Below are positions 1-13,808 of a DNA stretch of 64,000 nt, one piece after another. The stretch lies in assembly GCA_030390025.1 (NCBI GenBank), contig CM059432.1:19346001-19410000 (forward strand), read 5' to 3'. Every line of letters starts with the position of its first letter. The stretch's first letter is position 1. A model generated the notes under the pieces. That model was not told the DNA's origin, made no database searches, and saw only the letters and a program-made list of their open reading frames with translations. The translations under genes and the position numbers were made by a program. The DNA comes from Squalus acanthias (Eukaryota).

Positions 1-1050
1 CTTTAGCCACCCTTTTACTTTTTATATAACTGTAGAAACTCTTGCTATCTGTTTTTATATTTTTTGCTAGTTTACTTTCATAATCTATCTTCCCTTTCTT
101 AATTAGTCTTTTAGTTATTCTTTGCTGGTTTTTAAATGCTTCCCAATCTTCTCTCCTCCCACTAGATTTGGCTACTTTATAAGCCCTTGTTTTTAGTCGG
201 ATACTATCCTTTATTACTTTACTTAGCCACGGATGGCTGTCTTTTCTTTTACGCCCCTTTTTCCTCAGTGGAATATATTTTTCTTGAAAGTTGTGAAATA
301 CCTCCTTGAATGTACACCACTGCTCCTGTACCGTCTTACACCTTAATTTATTTTCCCAGTCCACTTTAGTCAACTCTGCTCTCATACCTTCATACTCTCC
401 TTTATTTAGGCTTAGTACGCTGGTTTGAGATCCAACTCTCACCCTCCAACTGAATTTGGAATTCAACCATGTTATGGTCACTCATTCCAAGGGGATCCTT
501 TACTAGGACATTTTTTATTAATCCTGTCTCATTACACAGGACCAGATCTAAGATTGCCTGCCCCCTGGTTGGTTCAGTAACATACTGCTCAAGGAACCCG
601 TCCCTAATGCACTCTATGAACTCTTCCTCAAGGCTGCCCTGCCCAATTTGATTTGTCCAGTCAATATGAAAGTTAAAATCTCCCATGATTATAGCTGTTC
701 CCTTATTACAAGCCCCAACTATTTCCTGATTAATACTCCGACCAATTGAGTTGCAACTGTTAGGAGGCCTATAGACTATGCCCACTAGTGACTTTTTCCC
801 TTTATTATTCCTTATCTCCACCCAAACTGTTTCACTATCCTGGTCCTTTGACCCAATATCATTTCTCACTATTGCAGTGATTCCATCCTTTATTAACAAA
901 GCCACCCCACCTCCCTTTCCTTCCTGTCTGTCCTTCCTAATAGTCAAATACCCCTGGATGTTTAGTTCCCAGTCATGGTCACCTTGCAGCCATGTTTCTG
1001 TGATGGCCACCAGAGCATACCCATGTGTAGTTATTTGACCTGTCAACTCG
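1..1050 (-). mobile_element. CR1 LINE fragment, ORF2 AP-endonuclease region
   Basis: ORF 402-1046: VAITETWL, GGGVALL, GIVYRPP, IMGDFN, LDLVL, SDHNM motifs. Confidence 0.9.
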
Positions 1051-1059
1051 TTTATTTTG

Positions 1060-1432
1060 TGGTTTAAGTCCCACTCCAGAGACTACAGCACAAAAATCTC
1101 GGCTGACACTCCAGTGCAGTGCTGAGGGAGTGCTGCACTGTCGGAGGTGCCGTCCTTGGGATAAGATGTTAAACCGAGGTGTCTGCTCTCTCAGGTGGAC
1201 ATAAAGATCAGATAGCACCTATTTCGAAGAAGAGCAGTGGTGTCCTGGCCAATATTTATCCCTCAAAAAACAGATTATCTGGTCATTATCACATTGTTTG
1301 TTTGTGTGGAGCTTGCCAAATTTTCTACATTACAACAGTGAATACACTTCAAAAGTACTTAATTGCAAAGCGCTTTGGAATGTCCTGAGGTCATGAAAGG
1401 CGCTATATAAATGTAAGTCTTTCTTTCTTTTT
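1060..1432 (+). mobile_element. DeuSINE (SacSINE1-like) with L2-type 3' tail
   Basis: Deu-domain-like text (ctggccaatatttatccctcaa...ggtcattatcacattg) and tail aaaggcgctatataaatgtaagtctttc; a partial copy lies at about 46195-46380. Confidence 0.7.
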
Positions 1433-2117
1433 CCTATGTGTTGGCAACATTGCAAGCCAGCTGTCTACATTGGCATTATACACTCCTCATTAAAACATTT
1501 GGTTCATGTCCTCCCTTAATCTGCCTTGGTGGTGTTGACCTACATGATGGGCCGAGACCCTTTACTTGGATTTAAAAAATTTTAAATACCTGCAATTGCG
1601 CAGCCTGGCCTTGAAATACCATGGGGTTCTTCTGGTCTCACTTCATAACTCGAGTAGGAGACCATTGCAACCCCTAGGCAAATAGCATAAACAGCCAAAA
1701 CCAGTCTTTTATGCAATTTCCCTGGGGTTTCAGTGGTATTGCACTGAAGTTAAGGCAGGAGACAAGGAGAACCCTTGTGGAATGTCAGGGCCCCTCGTTC
1801 TTCTCTAACCGTGGCCTTGTCTGGCTTGGCAAAAGATCATCGAGTGATCATCTCTTTCTTCTGCTTCAGTCACCGATATTTCATTTCCCGTAATAACAAT
1901 TTGGCCTTCAGCAATACAAAAAAAGCCACCATTCACACCTGTAGTAAAAGAGCAAACCACCATCACAGTCCGCCCTTCTGAGCTTTCAGAATAAAATACA
2001 AAACACCACTACGCGGAATCAAGTTACTTCTCCAAGTTCTAGTGATGACTTGAAAGCTCATATTGTAATTTCATAATCAGAGACAGAAGTAAGAAGCAAG
2101 CAAGCACTTTATAGTAT

Positions 2118-2325
2118 AGCAAAATACTGCGGATGCTGGAAATCCGAAATAACAACAGAAAACGCTGGAAAAACTCAGCAGGCCAGGCAGCATCCGTGGA
2201 GAGAGAAACAGAGTTAACGTTTCAGGTCGAAACCCTTCGTCAGAACTGAAAGAACAGGAAATTAAACTGATAAAAATGCAAGGGGGAGGCTGGGGGGAGG
2301 AATAAAAGAACAAAACGGGGGGTCT
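2118..2325 (-). mobile_element. Penelope-derived short repeat with minimal hammerhead motif
   Basis: Reverse complement reads CTGACGAAGGGTTTCGACCTGAAACGTTAAC (2212-2243); near-identical to 48200-48360. Confidence 0.7.
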
Positions 2326-2829
2326 ATGGTAAGTAGAGACTTTATAGTGATGTATTTGCAGAATTTCACCCAGTTTTACTTTGTGAAACCAATAATGGTG
2401 GTGTTACAATTCAGACTTTCTCCCAACATCTTAAACTTGGGTTCACACCAAAAATCTTCTGCAAATTTGCCGCAGGCCTAACAATTACCTTTATGCCACA
2501 AGATTATGCGTCAGAGACCACGTGTGCTGCCCACCATGTGTTCCAATCTGAAAGGTAATAAATACAACACTGCCAGACTATTACATTCAGGCTAAACTAA
2601 TAGTCACATTTCTTTACAAGTAAGAGAATTACACAGAAGCAGAGAAGTACAGAAAGGAACCAGCAGTACAATACTTGACTTACACAATACATAAATTGTT
2701 TCAGAACATAGCAGATTATTTTGCGAAATTTTGAACTGAGTCTCTGGTGCACATGTGAAGTGAATATTCCACAGTACCCATGCCTAGTAAAAAAAAAATC
2801 ATATCTCATTAAGCTTGTATTCTATGCCC

Positions 2830-3190
2830 CTACTTATAAACCTTAAATGTTGTCAACCTTTTTGTGACTTTATGTACCTGTGCTTCTACTTTCAGGGAAT
2901 TATGTGTTTGAAACCTTAGGTGTCTGTTCCTCACAGTGTCTTTCCATTTAGTGTATACACCCATTTCTTGTTTTTGCAGCCATCGTATATTACCTGACAC
3001 TGACATTAAATAATATCTGCCATCTGCCAGCCCATTGCAGCAATATTTATATGTGTTCCTGAAGTCTTTTATCATCCACATTGCTGTTTTCCAAACTTCC
3101 TACTTTAGTGTCATCAGCAAATTTTGACATGCCATGTCCAGATCAAAATGTACAGAGAGAGAGAGAACAAAAATGGGCCTAGCACTAACC
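2830..3190 (-). mobile_element. Degenerate CR1 RT fragment
   Basis: Reverse strand reads tttgctgatgacactaaagtagg (FADDTK) and an HNSLKV-like segment. Confidence 0.6.
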
Positions 3191-3253
3191 CAGCACTTCC
3201 AACAACACCCATTAGCACTAACTCTTTCTTTCGTGTCCATTAATCAAGTTAAT

Positions 3254-3981
3254 GGGCCAGAAATTCGGCTCTCCACGGTGAGTACGCGCTGTGTACTCAC
3301 CCGTAAGGCCACCTGAAGTGTCGGTTTCCTGCATGCACTGAAGGAAGGGGTTCAGAAGTCGAAAGCGTGCGTGGGAGAGGCTGCGCGCATGCAGCGAACT
3401 TCAGGTTTTTTTTCAGGTTTCTCCGGGAGGGTAAGTATGGAGAAGCTGCGCTTTTAAAAAGGAGGCACAAGGCCTGTTTTTAACAAGGTAAGTGGTTAAT
3501 TAATTACAATTTAAACATTTTTTCAACAGGTTTATCTTTTTTAGATACTTTAAAGAAAGGTAAGTTTATTTTTAGCACCATTAAAAAGTATAATTAATTT
3601 TTCAAAAATTTAAATTTTTGTTTAAAGTAGTTAATTTATGTAACTTATAGTTATTTTAAAAATGTGATGTTTTTTTAAAAATTTCTTTGAAGTTTAAGTG
3701 TGGTTTTGGGGCCGATCTCTATTCATAGATTTGACAGGTCTTCCTGTCAAATCTATGAATGAAAATGCCCTGTTAGGATTGGCTCTCCATGGCTCACGTG
3801 ATCCCAGGGGACGCTTCGAACTAACTGCGCCCCTGGGATACGCAAGCACTGCGCGTCGGCAGCTGGAGGAGGCCCAGGAGCTGAAGTCCTCGTGGGCCCA
3901 AAGCACAACAGCAGGCGCGGTAGGCAAGTTCGCGCGTGATGCTTGCACCCGCAGGAAGCTGGAAAGCTGAATTTCTGGCCC
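3254..3981. mobile_element. Harbinger-type MITE
   Basis: TIRs GGGCCAGAAATTC / GAATTTCTGGCCC, 3-bp flanks AAT/TAT, internal 18-bp perfect hairpin at 3721-3760. Confidence 0.75.
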
Positions 3982-5299
3982 TATATCTATTATGCTACTT
4001 TTCTGCTGGATTTTTTTTTAAAGATTTTATGCTAAATGGATGGCGTGGTGTCCATTTTTTTCTAATAACGCTCCTGTGAAATGCCTTGGTACATTTTCCT
4101 GCATTAAAGGCGCTATATAAATGCAAGTTGTTGCTGCTGTTAGCTAGAATTACCCATGGCAATTTATTTTTCAACTGCATGTGTGAAGGAATAAGCCATA
4201 TTCAGAAAAATACACCATTCTATGAAAGAATTCTGGCCTTATTAAAACATGACAAACTGGGCTTGACAATCTAAAAACCTGACAATGGAGAAGTTGTATT
4301 GGTAACAGCATTCAGGCTATTGGGATAAGATAAGTTGTTGACACTGAATCAATAACCTTATTGAAACAGGAGGTTGGAGGCTCCTGAAGTCTGAAGCTTT
4401 GGAAATAAGACAATGGTACACCCTGTTAAGGTGTTCTAAATTACACTTCGGAAAGAAACACATAAAATTAAGAAACAGAAGACCTTGGTAAAACTGACAT
4501 CAAATAGATGCACCTGCTGTTACACTGTTTTTTGTGTTAAGCTTGAGACACCTACACAGGAGACATAATTCTGCATTGCTACCAGCTGAAGTAACTGTAA
4601 GAATAGCAGGGGTCAGCAGAAAAATGACTAGAGATAATTAGCTTACATCAGCAGAAAACTTCAAAGGAAATACCACTGAAAAAGGGTATAAATATTGAAC
4701 TTTCAAATGGGATGATAGTCTCGCTGTAAAGGGGCAAAGCGATTCTCGGCTTCAGAGGCAGGCTCTGTAAGTCTACAACTCTTTGTACCTCGGGGATTAA
4801 GGTACTGTACTGTATTTGATTTTGGTGGATATCCTGGAATAAAGACTAAGAACTGTAAAAATGTAGTGAAGTTAAGATCTGATAATAAGAATCTATATAT
4901 TTTTAGAATTATCTCACATAATACTTCTGTATCAAACTCGCAAACTCAATCTCTGTACGCTCTTTGGTGAGGAGTTGCAGAATTCTGGGGGAGTTTTCCG
5001 GACCCTCATAATATCCGGAACATTACAGTCTAGCTAAACTTATTAAAAGTGCTATCTGGAGGATGGCAACATCTTCAGGTTGTTCCTTTCCTTTCGGGAG
5101 AGATGGTCCAGACCTTTAGACCCAATTAAACGTCTTTAGGATTTGGCTACCTCAAACTTTAGTTGAAAGTGAACGTCTGGGGAATACGCCTGATCCAGGG
5201 TAGCCCTAAAGGGGCTAGGACTAGTAATTATCCCTTCACATGATTAGCTTCATCTCCCCATGAATTGCAGAAGTGGGGCAGAAAAGAAGAGGCTGAGGG

Positions 5300-5570
5300 G
5301 TGAACCGATAGGAGGTCGTTAAGATTATGAAAGGGTTTGATAGGGTGGACGTTGAGAAGATGTTTCCACTTGTGGGGGGAGACCATAAATAGCATAGATG
5401 CATTTAAGGGGAAGCTAGATAAACACATGAGGGAGAAAGGAATATAAGGATATGCTGATAGGGTGAGATGAAGCAGGATGGGAGGAGGTTCGTGTGGAGC
5501 ATAAACACTGGCATGGACCAGTTGGGCTGAATGGCCTGTTTCTGTGCTGTACATTCTATGTAATTCTATG
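5300..5570 (+). mobile_element. CR1 3' fragment
   Basis: gggctgaatggcctgtttctgtgctgt...ttctatg tail. Confidence 0.7.
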
Positions 5571-5867
5571 TCACGGCAGCAACAGATGAGAGTCACAATT
5601 ATACAGTTCACTCAGATGCAGAGATATTAATCTGCAGTCACAGCATGAATTTATTCTCGTGCTTGCTCATTCTGGATTCGCACAAAATGAATACTCTTCT
5701 GATCTAATGATTCAACTGTATATTTAAATGTAATGAAGTAAAATAAAACAGATAAATCTGGAGCTTTACTTTAACTCAATCATGACTGAAGAACAAGGGC
5801 ACCATGTGGTAAACGGCAAGTTCGGGACTGATGTCAGGAAGCACTTCTTTATACAAAGAGTGACCAA

Positions 5868-6700
5868 TACATGGAATTTAATCCGGAGAAGTGTGAGGTA
5901 ATGCATTTGGGGAGGGCTAACAAGGAAAGGGAATATACATTAAATGGTAGGACACTGAGTAGTGTAGAGGAACAAAGGGACCTTGGAGTGCATGTCCACA
6001 GATCCCTGAAGGTAGCAGGCCAAGTAGATAAGATGGTTAAGAAGGCATACGGAATGCTTGCCTTTATTAGCTATGGCATAGAATATAAGAGCAGGGGGCT
6101 TATGCTTCAACTGTATAAAGCACTAGTTAGGCCTCAGCTAGAGTACAGCATGCAGTTCTGGTCACCACATTACAGGAAAGATGTGATTGCACTAGAGAGG
6201 TTACAGAGGAGATTTACAAGGATATTGCCGGGAGTAGAGAATCTTAGCTACGAGGAAAGACTTGATAGGCTGGGTCTCTTTTCCTTGGAACAGAGGAGGC
6301 TGAGGGGAGACCTTATTGAGGTGTATAAAATTATGAGGGGCATGGATAAAGTGGATACAGAGGACCTATTTCTCTTAGCAGAGGGGTCAAAAACCAGGGG
6401 GCACAGATTTAAAGTAATTGGGGGAAGGTTTAGTGGGGATTTGAGGGGAAATTTCTTCACCCAGAGGGTTGTGGGGGTCTGGAACTCACTGCCTGAAAGG
6501 GTGGTAGAGGCAGGAACCCTAACCACATTTAAAAAGTACTTGGATGTGCACTTGGGATGCTCTAACCTGTAGGGCTATGGACCAAGAGCTGGGAAGTGGG
6601 ATTAGGCTGGATAGCTCTTTGTTGGCTGGCACGGACACGATGGGCTGAAATGGCCTCCTTCCGTGCTGTAACTTTCTATGATTCTATGATTCTATGATCT
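5868..6700 (+). mobile_element. 5'-truncated CR1 LINE (RT C-terminus, 3'UTR, (TTCTATGA)n tail)
   Basis: ORF 5871-6572 MEFNPEKCEVMHLG...FFTQRVVGVWNSLP; tail repeats at about 6673-6698. Confidence 0.9.
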
Positions 6701-8344
6701 TCTAGGTAGGGTAATGGAGGTAATCAAGAAGCAATGAGATGCTGTAATGGAGGGACTGTAGGTTTCTATGCAAGGTTAAGTTAATGGGCTGAATGGCCTC
6801 CCTCATCTACATTGATCTTTGTTTAACATCTGCGTCATAGCGATGAACTCCCAGGATTTGTGCCGCCATTTGACCCCAGGTTCAACCAGCGACAAATAGA
6901 ATGTGTTGAAAATAATGATGTTGTGTCCATTTGTATCATTTTTGGGTATTCAGGCTTCAAACTGCATGACTAAGTCACATGTGACTGTTCATGCTGGCTC
7001 CAGCATTGCCCTGGGTTACCAATGCTTGAACAGACAATTGAGCTTTTTATTAAGCACTCTGGTGTTTGTAATGGAATAATTTATTGCAGTAGATTTTACC
7101 TTTCAGTGCCGATTAAAGTCAACACCATCATGTTTTATTTGACTGAAGGGACAAATATGATTCTTCATAGAACCAATATTTACCTGGTCAAAATTATTAT
7201 TTATATGCTTTGAGGGCATCAACATATTCAGTACTTTAATAATGTTATCAAACTACCTTAACCTAGTCTTTTAGTACCAGTAATTTCCACTCTGTTGCTT
7301 ACCTCCTAACACCCTGCCGCTGCAAAGCTCAATTCCTTTCTTGCATTATCTTTTCCTCATTCACTCTGAATTTCCATTCCGCATTCAGCACTGGCTCCAT
7401 GATTATTTTCCTTGCTTCTGCTTTCTTTTGGTTCAACCTTCAAATCATCTATCAATAAACACAGAATTACACCGCACTCCACCAGAAATTGTTTGATATC
7501 AGAAAACCACAAGTCCAAAAATGGTAGGGACGCAGAAGCTAACCAGACTTTGCCAAACAATGCTGCCGCAAACGTTCAATATATATTCTGTGAACCCTGT
7601 AAATAATAGGTTAAAACTCAAAAAATGCACTTTTGCTAATTGAACGATGTAAGTTAATGTGCCGCAGCAGACCTAACTGGGAGCACCTGTATTGTTCCAG
7701 GTAATTAGCTATAATTCTGCTTTTTTTAAGATAACGATACCTGAAAGGCCAGGAGTTGGAATCGATTACCTATCAAACTAAGACCAGACCGAATAACAAT
7801 AGATTAAAAATATATCAAATAAAAGACAATTATCTTTAGTGCAGGGCCACAAATCAATACTGATTACACGATGGCATGGGGCAAAGGTATTTACGTCGCA
7901 AACACCAGTTTTTCTAAAATAAAACATTGCAGATGTAGCTTTGGTGAGCTAGAGACAAATCACATACTGAAGGATAAAACCCAGATTGATTATATTTAAT
8001 TATAAAAAAAATGGTTCCAGAACTTCAACCTAAACTGTGCTATCAATGGTTACTTTTACTCCGATCTGTTTCAAAATGCTGCTAACATTCAGCTTTCAAA
8101 ATGTCAACTCTAGTTATTCTGTTAGACTTGACACACTCTTCAGGAATAACACTATTAAACTGCTTAGTACAAGTGGCATCTTTAAGTATATCAGACCCTG
8201 CCTGATGATGGAAACAGCAATTTTGCTTTGTTTGGTATAGAGAAACAGTTTACAAGTAATGTTCAAATAGTCAGCGAACAGAACAATTGAAATGTTGCAA
8301 AATATAGTAAAGTTTGATCGTTAAATTGTAATCTCAGTATTATA

Positions 8345-8965
8345 ACATCTCCCATCATCGATATCTTAGCAGTCACAATTGATCAGAGGCTTAACTGGAC
8401 CAGCTGTATCAACAGCATGGCTACAAGAGCAGGTAAGAGGCTGGGTACTCTGAGATGAGTGGCTCACTCCTCAAAGCCTTGCCACCATATACAAGGCTTA
8501 AGTATGGAGTGAAATGGAATACTCACCACTTACCTGAATGGATGCAGCTGCAACAACAGTGAAGAAGCTTGACATCATCCAAAACAGAGCAGTTCACTTG
8601 ATTGGTGCTCCTGCCATTGGACTCAACATCCAACACCGACCACACTGCGGCGGCAGGATGTACGATCTACACAACGTATTGCAGCAACTCACCAAGGTTT
8701 GTTCAACATTACCTGCGACCTCTACCACCGAGAAGGACAAGAGCAGCAATATCAGGAGCACCATCACCTCCAACTAGCCTCCAAGTCACATACCATCCTG
8801 ACTTTGGCATATGTATTCCTTCAGCACCACTTTGTCAATATCCTGGAATTCCTTACCGAGCAGCATTGTGGGAGTACAGTCAGCATAAGGACAGCAGCAG
8901 TTCAAGAAGAGCAACTAGGGCTGCCTTGCCAGCGTCACCCACATCTCGAGAACGAATTTTTAAAA
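8345..8965 (+). mobile_element. 3' fragment of the LINE family at 53440-56450
   Basis: KKLDIIQNRAVHLIG matches KKLDTIQDKAARLIG; shared 3' end gccagcg...cccacatc. Confidence 0.8.
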
Positions 8966-9681
8966 ACATACATCCGTTTTCCATCTTCCTGGCTGCCACT
9001 CTCACAGGCTTCTAAGGATATATGCTAATTACTTTTTCCCCAAGATTAATCTCCACCTATTGATACAGAGAGACCTCAAGTGAAAGAATCATTTTTCTAA
9101 GGTTTAAGGATGATGGCTGCACTAGATCGTGGTGGAGTGAAGAATATTGGTGAATTGGTAATAAAGGGGCACAGACTTAGGGCTATCACTGGAAGAACAG
9201 AGAGGGATTTACAATATTTATTTTCATACAGAAGGTTATTAAAATGTGGAATGCTCTACTACAAGTGGCTCTGGAGGTTGCGACTGTAACATGAATTAAA
9301 CGGGAATTTCATAAATATTTGAAAGGGAAGATTATAAATGGATACAGGCAAAAAAATCAGGAAATGGGATTCGAGTAGACAGTTCCAGTGGAGGAACTAG
9401 CACTAGCACAGAGGCATTGGGCCAAATGGTCTTCTTTTGTTTGTAATTTCTATGATTATCACAAGCTGTTCCAGAAAGGAAGGGAAATGACAAATCAACA
9501 CAGGTTAAAAATGAAGAAGTTAGGAGTCAGAAGGAAAGTCAGCCAGAACCTTTACATCAAAAAGATGTTAGAGTTATGGAATAATTTACCAGACAAGGTC
9601 ATTGAAGCAGACATTATAAATGCATTAAAGAGGCAATTGGATATGTTTCTAGAGAGAGAAGGGGTTGAGGAACTCGATGAA

Positions 9682-10145
9682 TCATAGAATCATAGAATGA
9701 TACAGCATTCAGCCCGTCGTGCCTGTGCCAGTGCCTGGGCTCTTTGAAAGAGCTATCCAGTTAGACCCATTCATAAGAACATAAGAAATAGGAGCAGGAG
9801 TAGGCCAATCGGCCCTTCGAGCCTGCTCCGCCATTCAATAAGATCATGGCTGATCTGATCCTCACCTCAAATCTAAAGAACACAAGAAGTAGGAGCAGGA
9901 CCCGGCCACTCAGCCCTGGGCCCGCTACGCCACCCACAGGGCCTCGACCGATCCGAACTCAGCCTCATGTCCAATTTCCTGCCCGCTCCCCGTAACCCCT
10001 AATTCCCCTGCCCTTTCCCCACAGCCCTGCAAATGTTTCCCTTTCAAGTATTTATCCAATTGCCTTTTGAAAGTTACCATTGAATCTGCCTCCACCACCC
10101 TTTCAGGCAGTGCATTCCAGATCATAACAGCTCGCTGTGTGAAAT
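9682..10145 (-). mobile_element. CR1 3' ends, including a nested second CR1 tail
   Basis: (catagaat)n and (cataagaa)n tails; FTQRAVMIWNALPERVVEA. Confidence 0.75.
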
Positions 10146-11129
10146 GGCCTTTTCCAGTTTCCAATCCAAAAAATACTGATCTGTTCTAAAATTGTCAATT
10201 ACCCAGTATTCAGCTTTATAGCTAATCCATTTCCATCACGGGAGCTAGTATGCCTTGCTGAACTGTATCTCACATTGTAACGACTATAATAGGAAATACG
10301 TTTATCCTTGTGTCTCATGTGGGAAATGGTGAGTCTAATTCCTGAGGCGCTTACCCAGGTCTGATCTGAGACAATAGAAGTTATTAAAATTTATGAGCAG
10401 TGTTCAAATTTATGCAAGCAAATCTCTCAGTGCCTTTGATGTTAATATTTGTAGACTAAACACCAACTGTGTGGATACAGGAACAACTGCATGCTTAGCA
10501 AACTTCATTTAAATCACAATTAGTGTTAACAATGTGTTTCATTATCTTCCTTTATTGTAACAATCATTGCAAGAAGTTTAGAATAAAAGCTATTGTTATA
10601 ATAATTACATAACTACGACAAGTGTGCGCTACAAATTATGAAGAAAATTAGATGTCCAAACAGGTTTAGTTCTACAATTAATCTCTGACATCTGTGCCTT
10701 TTTGCAGGTACAAAATTACAGAGAATTGATTTGTGTTAACCGACCCCTTAAATCAGCTCGCAAGGAATGAGGAATCCACAGACGAGTGATCTGAAAGCCT
10801 AAAGTAGGTCAAATCTGGCCATTTTGGGTTTATTCGTTAACACCAAATTTGGTCTAAACACGAATGAGTTCAGCCTTGGTGACATAGAGGCGCAGATTTT
10901 TGTGTGTTGTATACATCGGGTCAGTGGAGCAATCGGGAGGCCCAAACTGTTTAGATGGTCAGGCCTCATTTCAATTTTATAGATCGAACTGCCCGCATGA
11001 TTGTCAGTTTGGAGGGCAGGATTTACAGTGGGCTTGACGACTATTTAAAGCCAGCTTCCATCTCTCAAAGCGAGATGTCCTTTAGATTGGAATGCATTTT
11101 TGGCATGATTTCTCAATTTTGAGTTAGAA

Positions 11130-12262
11130 ATAACAACAACAACTTGTATTTATATGGCGCCTTTAACGTAGTAAAACGTCCCAAGGCGCTTCACAGCGCA
11201 GATGAAAAGAGGTAGGTTTTAAGGAGCGTCTTAAAGGAGGAAAGAGCGGTAGAGAGACGGAGAGGTTTAGGGAGGGAATTCAGAGCTTAGGGCCTTGGCA
11301 GCTGAAGGCACGGCCACCAGTGGTGGAGTGATTAAAATCGGGGTTGCTCAAGAGGCCAGAATTGGAGGAGCACAGATATCTCAGAGGGTTGTAGGACTGG
11401 AAAAGATTACAGAGATAGGGTGGGGTGAGGATGAGAATTTTAAAATCGAGGCGATGCTTAACCGGGAGCCAATATAGGTCAGTGAGCACAGGGGCAATGG
11501 GTGAACAGGACTTGGTGTGAGTTAGGATATGGGCAGCAGAGTTTTGGACCACCTCAAGTTTACGAAAGGTAGAAAGTGGGAGACCGGCCAGAAGTGCGTT
11601 GGAATAATCAAGTCTAGAGGTAACAAATGCATGGATTAAGTTTTCAGCAGCAGATGAGCTGAGGCAGGGGCGGAGTTGGGTGATGTTATGGAGGTCGAAA
11701 TAGGCGGTCTTAGTGATGGCGCAGATAAGTGGTCGGAAGCTCAATTCAGGATCAAATATGACACCAAGGTTGCGAACAGGTGTGGTTCAGCCACAGACAG
11801 TTGCCAGGGAGAGGGATGGAGTTATTGGCTAGGGAACAGAGTTTGTGGCAGGGACTGAAGACAATGACTTTGGCCTTTGCAATATTTAGTTGGAGGAAAT
11901 TTCTTCTCATCCAGTACTGGAGTAGTCTGACAATTTAGAGACAGTGGAGGGGTCGAGAGAGGTGGAGGTGAGGTAGAGCTGGGTGTTGTCAGCGTCTATG
12001 TGGAAACTGATGCTGTGTTTTCTGATGATATCGCCGAGGGGCAGCAAGTAGATGAGAAATAGAAGGGGGCCAAGGATAGATCTTTGGGGGACACCAGAGG
12101 TAACGGTGCGGGAGCGGGAAGAGAAGCCATTGCAGGTGATTCTCTGGCTACAACTGGATAGATAAGAATGGAACCAGGCGAGTGCAGTCCCACCCAGCTG
12201 GATGACGGTGGAGAGGCGTTGGAGGAGGATGATGTGGACAACCATGTCAAATGCGGCGACTT
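11130..12262 (-). mobile_element. L2 LINE fragment (RT and 3' end)
   Basis: GVPQRSILGPLLFLIY, DADNTQLY, HAFVTSRLDYSNALL; (GTT)n tail. Confidence 0.9.
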
Positions 12263-12605
12263 TGATAAGAGCCAGTTCTCCTGCAGGGGTTCCTAGATTT
12301 AGTGAAGCAGTGCTGGAGGACCTAGTGGAGCAGGTGACAGCCCAGGGACAGATTCCTGTCAATATGGCAGAAGGGTGCTCAGGTAAAAGCTGCAACAGGG
12401 CTGGAAGGAGGTGGCAGAAAATGTGAATGACAAATGCATCAACCCAGGACATAGATGGAGTTCAATCACCTTACCCAGAAAGCAAAGGTGAGCACGATGT
12501 ATTGCTATCTCTTTTTCTCAGCATTGCCTCCGCACCCTCCAAGAGTGCTGTGCTTAAAGTTACTGAGTCTCCTGGAATGGGGCACAAATCTCCCAGGTAC
12601 TGCTT

Positions 12606-12820
12606 GGAGGGAGACTGGGACTCTGGGCGGTGGGTGGGAGATTGGGACTCTGGACTTGAGGGGCGAGAGATTGGGAGGAGGGAGATTGGGACTTGGGAGG
12701 GGGTTGATTGGGACTCTGGGCTGGAGGGGTGGGAGATTGGGAGGGGATTGATTGGGACTCTGGGCTGGAGGGCAGGAGATTGGGAGGAGGCAGATTGGGA
12801 CTTCGGAGGGGGGAGATTAG
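12606..12820 (+). repeat. G-rich GGGAGATTGGGA minisatellite, continuing at 16761-16840
   Basis: Repeated gggagattgggactctgggctggagg units on both sides of the Harbinger insertion. Confidence 0.8.
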
Positions 12821-13071
12821 GGGCTCAATTTTAATTGCCGAGGCGGGTTAGAGTCGGGTTGCATGGTGGACGGGATCAGCTGCTGATGTCCGATTTTGAT
12901 TCAATGAGCTTGTTGATTTCAATGAGGTGCGCTGGCCGGCCCAATGAGTGCGATCGGGTCACCTGGCCGCCTCTGATGACGTCATCATAGCTGCTGCTTT
13001 TAAAGCTGCCATTCAGCCTAAGCCTTTCTCTTGTGGATTCCTGGACTCATTGAAATTGATTTAGACACAAC

Positions 13072-13807
13072 GGGCTGGATTTTGTCTTGGGGTCGGGCTG
13101 GGGTCGTGTCCTCCACATTTCGTGTTTTCCCCCCCCGACTCCAGATTAATGTGGATGAATGATGCAATTTTAACTTAATTGGGCAATTGAGTTCCAGCAT
13201 GTGGGAACCCATGAACCAATTAGTGGTTTCAGCCTGAAACCCATCTCTGATGATGTCATCATTGCTGACTGCCTGCTCTCAGAGATTGTCTGGCTGCTGG
13301 TGAGAGAGGACCTGCCTGGCTTTTGATGTGATTGTACCAGGATGCAAAATTGATATATATGAGAGAGAGAGAGACAGAGAGGAGACAGTCTCTGAACACA
13401 TTCAATGGAGCAGCATCAGAGGCGACTTTCAGGCCTAATACTACTACTACCTTCATCACATCTCCGTTGTAATAGTGGACCTGCAGCTCATAGTCAGCTA
13501 TCCACTTGTGCTCCCACCAGGTTTCACTGGAGTGTTTCACACCAGGCGTACTTCACATCAGAAAAGGGTTAAACTAGCTACAACGATTCAAAATAGCATT
13601 ACAGACCCAATTTAGGGCTTGTTAAGGGCTGTAATGGCCTCTCCCGCCTCTTGGAGGCGGGAGATAGTTGGGAACCCCGTGACTGATTTTGTCAAAATTG
13701 CGTGGAGGCGGGATGGAGTCGGGATGGGGTCGGAAACCCCGTCCCCGCAAATTTAACCCCCCACACGCCTCCAAACCCGACTTCATGGGTCATTCAAAAT
13801 CCAGCCC
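13072..13807. mobile_element. Nested Harbinger MITE
   Basis: TIRs GGGCTGGATTTT / AAAATCCAGCCC, flanks AAC/AAT. Confidence 0.75.
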
Positions 13808-13808
13808 A

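Noticed and set aside
4290..5230. Possible solo LTR
   Set aside because: LTR-like composition and AATAAA are present, but no paired termini or TSD could be defined.
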